64,000 nucleotides of DNA from Squalus acanthias (Eukaryota). The stretch is from NCBI GenBank assembly GCA_030390025.1, contig JASTWF010000357.1, forward strand, positions 124,001 through 188,000, in the 5' to 3' direction. Shown in pieces: positions 53,301-63,057 of the stretch. The notes beneath the pieces were generated by a model, which was not told the DNA's origin, did not search any database, and saw only the letters and a program-made list of their open reading frames with translations. Position 1 is the stretch's first letter. Each line of letters opens with the position of its first letter. Both the position numbers and the translations under genes were made by a program.

Positions 53301-55451
53301 GGAGGAGGCCATTCAGCCCCTCGAACAAGTTACACAGAAACAGGAGACCACCATTCAGCCCCTCGAACAAGTTACATAGAAACAGGAGGAGACCATTCAG
53401 CCCCTCGAACAAGTTACAGAGAAACAGGAGGAGGCCATTCAGCCCCTCGAACAAGTTACACAGAAACAGGAGGAGACCATTCAGCCCCTCGAACAAGTTA
53501 CATAGAAACAGGAGGAGACCATTCAGCCCCTCGAACAAGTTACATAGAAACAGGAGGAGGAGACCATTCAGCCCCTCGAACAAGTTACACAGAAACAGGA
53601 GGAGACCATTCAGCCCCTCGAACAAGTTACACAGAAACAGGAGGAGGAGACCATTCAGCCCCTCGAACAAGTTACACAGAAACAGGAGGAGGAGACCATT
53701 CAGCCCCTCGAACAAGTTACATAGAAACAGGAGGAGGAGACCATTCAGCCCCTCGAACAAGTTACATAGAAACAGGAGGAGGAGACCATTCAGCCCCTCG
53801 AACAAGTTACATAGAAACAGGAGGAGGAGACCATTCAGCCCCTCGAACAAGTTACATAGAAACAGGAGGAGACCATTCAGACCCTCGAACAAGCGAAGCT
53901 CTTACCCCGCTGGGGAAAAAGACCACGTACGTGAGTTTAATGACTCACCTCAGGCCTCTGCCGCTCCAACCAGGTCCGCCCCTCCTTCCCCGCTGCCGAC
54001 CGCTCTGTGGGAGAGAGAAAGAAAGAAAGGCTCCTCCTCCCCCGCTGAAACAGGAGGAGACCATTCAGCCCCTCGAACAAGTTACATAGAAACAGGAGGA
54101 GACCATTCAGCCCCTCGAACAAGTTACAAAGAAACAGGAGGAGGAGACCATTCAGCCCCTCGAACAAGTTACATAGAAACAGGAGGAGGAGACCATTCAG
54201 CCCCTCGAACAAGTTACATAGAAACAGGCGGAGACCATTCAGCCCCTCGAACAAGTTACATAGAAACAGGGGGAGACCATTCAGCCCCTCGAACAAGTTA
54301 CATATAAACAGGAGGAGGAGACCATTCAGCCCCTCGAACAAGTTACATAGAAACAGGAGGAGGAGACCATTCAGCCCCTCGAACAAGTTACATAGAAACA
54401 GGGGGAGACCATTCAGCCCCTCGAACAAGTTACATATAAACAGGAGGAGGAGACCATTCAGCCCCTCGAACAAGTTACATAGAAACAGGAGGAGGAGACC
54501 ATTCAGCCCCTCGAACAAGTTACATATAAACAGGAGGAGGAGACCATTCAGCCCCTCAAACAAGTTACATAGAAACAGGAGGAGACCAGTCAGCCCCTCG
54601 AAGAAGTTACATAGAAACAGGAGGAGGAGACCATTCAGCCCCTCGAACAAGTTACATAGAAACAGGAGGAGACCATTCAGCCCCTCGAACAAGTTACATA
54701 GAAACAGGAGGAGGAGACCATTCAGCCCCTCGAACAAGTTACATAGAAACAGGAGGAGGCCATTCAGCCCCTCGAACAAGTTACATAGAAACAGGAGGAG
54801 ACCATTCAGCCCCTCGAACAAGTTACATAGAAACAGGAGGAGGAGACCATTCAGCCCCTCGAACAAGTTACACAGAAACAGGAGGAGGAGACCATTCAGC
54901 CCCTCGAACAAGTTACATAGAAACAGGAGGAGGAGACCATTCAGCCCCTCGAACAAGTTACATAGAAACAGGAGGAGACCATTCAGCCCCTCGAACAAGT
55001 TACATAGAAACAGGAGGAGACCATTCAGCCCCTCGAACAAGTTACATAGAAACAGGAGGAGGTGACCATTCAGCCCCTCGAACAAGTTACATAGAAACAG
55101 GAGGAGGAGACCATTCAGCCCCTCGAACAAGTTACATAGAAACAGGAGGAGGAGACCATTCAGCCCCTCTAACAAGTTACATAGAAACAGGAGGAGGAGA
55201 CCATTCAGCCCCTCGAACAAGTTACATAAAAACAGGAGGAGGAGACCATTCAGCCCCTCGAACAAGTTACATAGAAACAGGAGGAGGAGACCATTCAGCC
55301 CCTCGAACAAGTTACATAGAAACAGGAGGAGGAGACCATTCAGCCGCTCGAACAAGTTACATAGAAACAGGAGGAGACCATTCAGCCCCTCGAACAAGTT
55401 ACATAGAAACAGGAGGAGGAGACCATTCAGCCCCTCGAACAAGTTACATAG
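50355..55451. repeat. Composite satellite array 2 (same 42/45-bp monomer; modules at ~50686, 51349, 51908, 53895)
   Basis: Direct reading. Has locally enriched variants (ACATATAAAC, CCCCTCCAAC). Confidence 0.97.
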
Positions 55452-58400
55452 AGAGAGGGGACGGTTCAGTCTGAGAGAGGGGGGGGGTTCAGTCTGAGAG
55501 AGAGGGGGGGGGGGTTCAGTCTGAGAGAGAGGGGGGGGGGGGTTCAGTCTGAGAGAGAGGCGGGGGGGGGGGGGGTTCAGTCTGAGAGAGAGGGGGGGGG
55601 GGAGGGGGGGGGGGGTTCAGTCTGAGAGAGAGGGGGGGGGGGGGTCAGTCTGAGAGAGAGGGGGGGGGGGGTCAGTCTGAGAGAGAGGGGGGGGGGGGGT
55701 CAGTCTGAGAGAGAGGGGGGGGGGGGGGGTCAGTCTGAGAGAGAGGGGGGGGGGGGTCAGTCTGAGAGAGAGGGGGGGGGGGGGTCAGTCTGAGAGAGGG
55801 GGGGGGGGGGTCAGTCTGAGAGAGGGGGGGGGGTCAGTCTGAGAGAGGGGGGGGGGGTTCAGTCTGAGAGAGGGGGGGGGGGTTCAGTCTGAGAGAGGGG
55901 GGGGGGGGTTCAGTCTGAGAGAGGGGGGGGGGTTCAGTCTGAGAGAGGGGGGGGGGGGTTCAGTCTGAGAGAGGGGGGGGGGTTCAGTCTGAGAGAGGGG
56001 GGGGGGGTTCAGTCTGAGAGAGGGGGGGGGGGGGTTCAGTCTGAGAGAGGGGGGGGGGGTTCAGTCTGAGAGAGGGGGGGGGGGGGGGTTCAGTCTGAGA
56101 GAGGGGGGGGGGTTCAGTCTGAGAGAGGGGGGAGGGGTTCAGTCTGAGAGAGGGGGGGGGGGGTTCAGTCTGAGAGAGGGGGGGGGGGTTCAGTCTGAGA
56201 GAGGGGGGGGGGGTTCAGTCTGAGAGAGGGGGGGGGGTTCAGTCTGAGAGAGGGGGGGGGGTTCAGTCTGAGAGAGGGGGGGGGTTCAGTCTGAGAGAGG
56301 GGGGGGGGGTTCAGTCTGAGAGAGGGGGGGGGGGTTCAGTCTGAGAGAGGGGGGGGGGGTTCAGTCTGAGAGGGGGGGGGGTTCAGTCTGAGAGAGGGGG
56401 GGGGGTTCAGTCTGAGAGAGGGGGGGGGGGTTCAGTCTGAGAGAGAGGGGACGGTTCAGTCTGAGAGAGGGGACGGTTCAGTCAGAGAGGGGACGGTTCA
56501 GTCAGAGAGGGGACGGTTCAGTCAGAGAGAGGGGACGGTTCAGTCAGAGAGAGGGGACGGTTCAGTCAGAGAGAGGGGACGGTTCAGTCCGAGAGAGGGG
56601 GGGTTCAGTCCGAGAGAGGGGGGGGTTCAGTCCGAGAGAGGGGGGGGTTCAGTCCGAGAGAGGGGACGGTTCAGTCCGAGAGAGGGGACGGTTCAGTCTG
56701 AGAGAGGGGACGGTTCAGTCTGAGAGAGGGGGTTCAGTCCGAGAGAGGGGGGGGGGTTCAGTCTGAGAGACGGGGGCTTCAGTCCGAGAGACGGGGGGTT
56801 CAGTCCGAAAGAGGGGGGGTTCAGTCCGAAAGAGGGGGGGTTCAGTCCGAAAGAGGGGGGGGTTCAGTCCGAAAGAGGGGGGGGTTCAGTCCGAAAGAGG
56901 GGGGGGTTCAGTCTGAGAGACGGGGGGTTCAGTCTGAGAGACGGGGACTTCAGTCTGAGAGACGGGGACTTCAGTCTGAGAGAGGGGGGGTTCAGTCTGA
57001 GAGGGGGCGGTTCAGTCTGAGAGAGGGGACGGTTCAGTCTGAGAGAGGGGACGGTTCAGTCTGAGAGAGGGGACGGTTCAGTCTGAGAGAGGGGACGGTT
57101 CAGTCTGAGAGAGGGGACGGTTCAGTCTGAGAGAGGGGTCGGTTCAGTCTGAGAGAGGGGGAGGGGGGGTTCAGTCTGAGAGAGGGGGAGGGGGGGTTCA
57201 GTCTGAGAGGGGGGGAGGGGGGGTTCAGTCTGAGAGGGGGGGAGGGGGGGTTCAGTCTGAGGGGGGGGTTCAGTCTGGGGGGGGGGACGGTTCAGTCGGA
57301 GAGAGGGGACGGTTCAGTCGGAGAGAGGGGACGGTTCAGTCTGAGAGAGGGGACGGTTCAGTCTGAGGGGGGGGGGGTTCAGTCTGAGGGGGGGGGGTTC
57401 AGTCTGAGGGTGGGGGTTCAGTCTGAGGGGGGGGGACGGTTCAGTCTGAGGGGGGGGGACGGTTCAGTCGGAGAGAGGGGACGGTTCAGTCGGAGAGAGG
57501 GGACGGTTCAGTCGGAGAGAGGGGACGGTTCAGTCGGAGAGAGGGGACGGTTCAGTCGGAGAGAGGGGACGGTTCAGTCGGAGAGAGGGGACGGTTCAGT
57601 CGGAGAGAGGTGGGGGTTCAGTCTGAGAGAGGGGGGTTCAGTCTGAGAGAGGGGGGGTTCAGTCTGAGAGAGGGGACGGTTCAGTCTGAGAGGGGGGGAC
57701 GGTTCAGTCTGAGAGAGGGGGGTGTTCAGTCTGAGAGAGGGGACGGATCAGTCTGAGAGAGGGGACGGTTCAGTCTGAGAGAGGGGACGGTTCAGTCTGA
57801 GAGAGGGGGGGTTCAGTCTGAGAGAGGGGGGGGTTCAGTCTGAGAGAGGGGACGGTTCAGTCTGAGAGAGGGGACGGTTCAGTCTGAGAGAGGGGACGGT
57901 TCAGTCTGAGAGAGGGGGGGTTCAGTCTGAGAGAGGGGACGGTTCAGTCTGAGAGAGGGGACGGTTCAGTCTGAGAGAGGGGGACGGTTCAGTCTGAGAG
58001 GGGGCGGTTCAGTCTGAGAGAGGGGACGGTTCAGTCTGAGAGAGTGGGGTTCAGTCTGAGAGAGGGGGCGGTTCAGTCTGAGAGAGGGGACGGTTCAGTC
58101 TGAGAGAGGGGACGGTTCAGTCTGAGAGGGGGCGGTTCAGTCTGAGAGAGGGGACGGTTCAGTCTGAGAGAGGGGGGGTTCAGTCTGAGAGAGGGGACGG
58201 TTCAGTCTGAGAGAGGGGACGGTTCAGTCTGAGAGAGGGGACGGTTCAGTCTGAGAGAGGGGACGGTTCAGTCTGAGAGAGGGGGGGTTCAGTCTGAGAG
58301 AGGGGACGGTTCAGTCTGAGAGAGGGGACGGTTCAGTCTGAGAGAGGGGACGGTTCAGTCTGAGAGAGGGGACGGTTCAGTCTGAGAGAGGGGGGGTTCA

Positions 58401-59222
58401 GTCTGAGAGAGGGGACGGTTCAGTCTGAGAGAGGGGACGGTTCAGTCTGAGGGGACGGTTCAGTCTGAGAGGGGACGGTTCAGTCTGAGAGAGGGGACGG
58501 TTCAGTCTGAGAGAGGGGGCGGTTCAGTCTGAGAGAGGGGGCGGTTCAGTCTGAGAGAGGGGACGGTTCAGTCTGAGAGAGGGGACGGTTCAGTCTGAGA
58601 GAGGGGGGTTCAGTCTGAGAGAGGGGACGGTTCAGTCTGAGAGAGGGGACGGTTCAGTCTGAGAGAGGGGTCGGTTCAGTCTGAGAGAGGGGACGGTTCA
58701 GTCTGAGAGAGGGGCGGTTCAGTCTGAGAGAGGGGCGGTTCAGTCTGAGAGAGGGGGCGGTTCAGTCTGAGAGAGGGGACGGTTCAGTCTGAGAGAGGGG
58801 CGGTTCAGTCTGAGAGAGGGGACGGTTCAGTCTGAGAGAGGGGACGGTTCAGTCTGAGAGAGGGGACGGTTCAGTCTGAGAGAGGGGACGGTTCAGTCTG
58901 AGAGAGGGGACGGTTCAGTCTGAGAGAGGGGACGGTTCAGTCTGAGAGAGGGGCGGTTCAGTCTGAGAGAGGGGCGGTTCAGTCTGAGAGAGGGGGCGGT
59001 TCAGTCTGAGAGAGGGGACGGTTCAGTCTGAGAGAGGGGACGGTTCAGTCTGAGAGAGGGGACGGTTCAGTCTGAGAGAGGGACGGTTCAGTCTGAGAGA
59101 GGGGACGGTTCAGTCTGAGAGAGGGGGGGTTCAGTCTGAGAGATGGGGGGGTTCAGTCTGAGAGAGGGGACGGTTCAGTCTGAGAGAGGGGACGGTTCAG
59201 TCTGGGGGGGGGGGGGGGGGGG
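55452..59222. repeat. G-rich ~22-bp satellite GGTTCAGTCTGAGAGAGGGGAC with variable poly-G
   Basis: Continuous tandem copies. G runs of about 8-13 nt in 55470-56440. Ends in a poly-G tract. Confidence 0.95.
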
Positions 59223-59347
59223 TTTATTCCTACACTTGTTTTGAAACCTGTTGCCTCTCCACCTTTTCCCAGTTGTGACGAAGCTCACTCTCTGCCCTGA
59301 GTGAGGCTGAGCATTTACAGCAGTGTTTTATATCCGTCACAATCACA

Positions 59348-59940
59348 GTGGGCGGGGCTCTGACGTCACCCACAACCTCTGCTGGGATCTCGCGCGGTGG
59401 GCGGGGCTCTGACGTCACCCACAACCTCTGCTGGGATCTCGCGCGGTGGGCGGGGCTCTGACGTCACCCACAGCCTCTGCTGGGATCTCGCGCGGTGGGC
59501 GGGGCTCTGACGTCACCCACAACCTCTGCTGGGATCTCGCGCGGTGGGCGGGGCTCTGACGTCACCCACAGCCTCTGCTGGGATCTCGCGCGGTGGGCGG
59601 GGCTCTGACGTCACCCACAGCCTCTGCTGGGATCTCGCGCGGTGGCGGTTTCACTGCCGCCTCGGTTCAAATCACAGTGGGCGGAGCTCTGACGTCACCC
59701 ACAGCCTCTGCTGGGATCTCGCGCGGTGGGCGGAGCTCTGACGTCACCCACAGCCTCTGCTGGGATGTATCGCGCGGTGGCGGTTCAAATCACAGTGGGC
59801 GGAGCTCTGACGTCACCCACAGCCTCTGCTGGGAGCTCGCGCGGTGGGCGGAGCTCTGACGTCACCCACAGCCTCTGCTGGGATCTCGCACGGTGGCGGT
59901 TTAACTGCCGCCTCGGTTCAAATCACAGTGGGCGGGGCTC
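59348..59940. promoter_or_regulatory. 49-bp CpG-rich tandem repeat with GC box and CRE palindrome
   Basis: Unit GTGGGCGGGGCTCTGACGTCACCCACA(A/G)CCTCTGCTGGGATCTCGCGCG; 10 TGACGTCA sites counted. Confidence 0.75.
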
Positions 59941-59999
59941 TTTGGCGCTGCGGACTCCTAATGGTCGGCAGCCATGTCAATCTAGTTTGTGCAGCCAAT

Positions 60000-60102
60000 A
60001 GTTCTGGAAAAAGGTCTTCGACCTGAAACGTTAACTCTGTTTCTCTCTCCACGGATGCTGACTGGCCTGCTGAGTTTTTCCAGGCTTTTCTGTTGTTATT
60101 TT
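60000..60102 (+). mobile_element. Penelope-like repeat remnant with a degenerate minimal hammerhead ribozyme
   Basis: AGTT-CTGGAAA-A-AGGTC-TTC-GACCT-GAAAC-GTT-AACT has type I hammerhead topology. It is followed by ...GATGCTG...CCTGCTGAG..., which I recall from a common elasmobranch repeat. Confidence 0.55.
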
Positions 60103-60170
60103 ATATTAATAGAATGGGTGTGTTCACTGACGGTCATTAATTTATGCAGCGAACGCATTCTTCATTCGCA

Positions 60171-60383
60171 GTGCGCATGCTCGGTGCTGACCCCACCACC
60201 CCAGTCCCCGGATGACGCGCATGCTCGATGCTGACCCCACCACCCCAGTCCCCGGATGACGCGCATGCTCGGTGCTGACCCCACCACCCCAGTCCCCGGA
60301 TGACGCGCATGCTCGGTGCTGACCCCAGTCCCCGGATGACGCGCATGCTCGGTGCTGCCCCCACTGCCCGGATGACGCGCATG
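60171..60383. promoter_or_regulatory. 44/36-bp tandem repeat with GCGCATGC (NRF1-like) and CCGGATGACG
   Basis: Six GCGCATG cores at 60173, 60217, 60261, 60305, 60341 and 60377. Confidence 0.65.
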
Positions 60384-60699
60384 ATCCTGTAAAATTCGAT
60401 AGAAGAGAAGATCAAGTGTCCGAGTGGCGGGTGGTCGCTGGAGCTCTGCTGTGGAGATCAGCGGGACTCAGTGCATTTAACTGGATAGCAGTCCGTGTCA
60501 CACTTGATGTGGAGAGTTGATTGTAACACTCGGGAAATGCTCGATCCCGGAGCTAACAGCTGTTGTACTGATGGTGAGGAGGGACTTGATATCATCTTCA
60601 ACAAGGTAACGTCTCCTTCTCATTTTAACATTTCCATCTAACCCTCCTATTAATATAGTTATTACAGAGCATCAGAATCTGGGAACGCCTGTCACCACC

Positions 60700-60763
60700 A
60701 TGGCTGAAGGTCCAACCAGGGGAGAAGATCCAACATCTTCAACAAGAATGAGGAAGGACACAG
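60700..60763 (+). CDS. Probable first coding exon of a host gene (MAEGPTRGEDPTSSTRMRKDT-); possibly a shark NACHT/LRR (NLR) gene
   Basis: Kozak ACCATGG, upstream CTAAC and TTACAG acceptor (60667), CAG|GTAGGT donor (60764), upstream donor AAG|GTAACG (60606), all downstream of the CpG-rich repeats. The family assignment is from recalled similarity and was not searched. Confidence 0.55.
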
Positions 60764-60906
60764 GTAGGTTCACAAAATACTTTAAAATAAAATTTCTGTT
60801 CTGACAAAGGGTCCAGATCTAGTGCCTGATCCTGCAGCTCCCACAGGAAGAGGGAACAGGACAGGGGCTGATTAGAAAGAGGGAAGTGAGTGACCATCTA
60901 GAGGGG

Positions 60907-63057
60907 CATCACAGTCACAGGTGTAGGGAACCCCCAGTACTGGAACTGTCCAATAGATACCTGGTATTGGGGACTGTAAGGTGGATAGAGACAGTGACTC
61001 AGAGGATCGCAGTCACAGGTGTAGGGAACCCCCAGTACTGGAACTGTCCAATAGATACCTGGTATTGGGGACTGTAAGGTGGATAGAGACAGTGACTCAG
61101 AGGATCACAGTCACAGGTGTAGGGAACCCCCAGTACTGGAACTGTCCAATAGATACCTGGTATTGGGGACTGTAAGGTGGATAGAGACAGTGACTCAGAG
61201 GATCGCAGTCACAGGTGTAGGGAACCCCCAGTACTGGAACTGTCCAATAGATACCTGGTATTGGGGACTGTAAGGTGGATAGAGACAGTGACTCAGAGGA
61301 TCACAGTCACAGGTGTAGGGAACCCCCAGTACTGGAACTGTCCAATAGATACCTGGTATTGGGGACTGTAAGGTGGATGGAGACAGTGACTCAGAGGATC
61401 GCAGTCACAGGTGTAGGGAACCCCCAGTACTGGAACTGTCCAATAGATACCTGGTATTGGGGACTGTAAGGTGGATAGAGACAGTGACTCAGAGGATCAC
61501 AGTCACAGGTGTAGGGAACCCCCAGTACTGGAACTGTCCAATAGATCCCTGGTATTGGGGACTGTAAGGTGGATGGAGACAGTGACTCAGAGGATCACAG
61601 TCACAGGTGTAGGGAACCCCCAGTACTGGAACTGTCCAATAGATCCCTGGTATTGGGGACTGTAAGGTGGATAGAGACAGTGACTCAGAGGATCGCAGTC
61701 ACAGGTGTAGGGAACCCCCAGTACTGGAACTGTCCAATAGATACCTGGTATTGGGGACTGTAAGGTGGATAGAGACAGTGACTCAGAGGATCACAGTCAC
61801 AGGTGTAGGGAACCCCCAGTACTGGAACTGTCCAATAGATACCTGGTATTGGGGACTGTAAGGTGGATGGAGACAGTGACTCAGAGGATCGCAGTCACAG
61901 GTGGAGAGAGCCCCCAGTACTGGAACTGTCCAATAGATACCTGGTATTGGGGACTGTAAGGTGGATGGAGACAGTGACTCAGAGGATCACAGTCACAGGT
62001 GTAGGGAACCCCCAGTACTGGAACTGTCCAATAGATCCCTGGTATTGGGGACTGTAAGGTGGATGGAGACAGTGACTCAGAGGATCACAGTCACAGGTGG
62101 AGAGAGCCCCCAGTACTGGAACTGTCCAATAGATACCTGGTATTGGGGACTGTAAGGTGGATGGAGACAGTGACTCAGAGGATCACAGTCACAGGTGTAG
62201 GGAACCCCCAGTACTGGAACTGTCCAATAGATGCCTGGTATTGAGGACTGTAAGGTGGATAGAGACAGTGACTCAGAGGATCGCAGTCACAGGTGTAGGG
62301 AACCCACAGTACTGGAACTGTCCAATAGATCCCTGGTATTGGGCACTGTAAGGTGGATGGAGACAGTGACTCAGAGGATCACAGTCACAGGTGTAGGGAA
62401 CCCCCAGTACTGGAACTGTCCAATAGATCCCTGGTATTGGGGACTGTAAGGTGGATAGAGACAGTGACTCAGAGGATCGCAGTCACAGGTGTAGGGAACC
62501 CCCAGTACTGGAACTGTCCAATAGATACCTGGTATTGGGGACTGTAAGGTGGATAGAGACAGTGACTCAGAGGATCGCAGTCACAGGTGTAGGGAACCCC
62601 CAGTACTGGAACTGTCCAATAGATCCCTGGTATTGGGGACTGTAAGGTGGATAGAGACAGTGACTCAGAGGATCACAGGTGCAGGGAACCCTCAGTACTG
62701 GAACTGTCCAATAGATACCTGGTATTGGGGACTGTAAGGTGGATAGAGACAGTGACTCAGAGGATCACAGTCACAGGTGTAGGGAACCCTCAGTACTGGA
62801 ACTGTCCAATAGATACCTGGTATTGGGGACTGTAAGGTGGATAGAGACAGTGACTCAGAGGATCGCAGTCACAGGTGTAGGGAACCCCCAGTACTGGAAC
62901 TGTCCAATAGATACCTGGTATTGGGGACTGTAAGGTGGATGGAGACAGTGACTCAGAGGATCGCAGTCACCGGTGTAGGGAACCCCCAGTACTGGAACTG
63001 TCCAATAGATACCTGGTATTGGGGACTGTAAGGTGGATAGAGACAGTGACTCAGAGG
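60907..63057 (+). repeat. 98-bp satellite (~22 copies) derived from CR1 ORF1 coding sequence
   Basis: 98-bp periodicity in the ORF track. The peptide REPPVLELSNRYLVLGTV resembles QESPVVISLQNRYAALDTV of CR1-A ORF1. Confidence 0.9.

Noticed and set aside
4294..55442. Long repetitive ORFs as real protein-coding genes
   Set aside because: Several frames on both strands are open at once, most starts are non-ATG, frameshifts are scattered and there are no unique domains. This is a consequence of 3n monomer lengths.
4404..55451. CRISPR-like repeat/spacer array
   Set aside because: No unique spacers, no cas genes and a eukaryotic LINE context; the interspersed modules are near-identical to each other.
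60886..63031. Series of 62-64-aa ORFs
   Set aside because: Generated by the 98-bp period (not a multiple of 3), with GTG starts; they are satellite translations.
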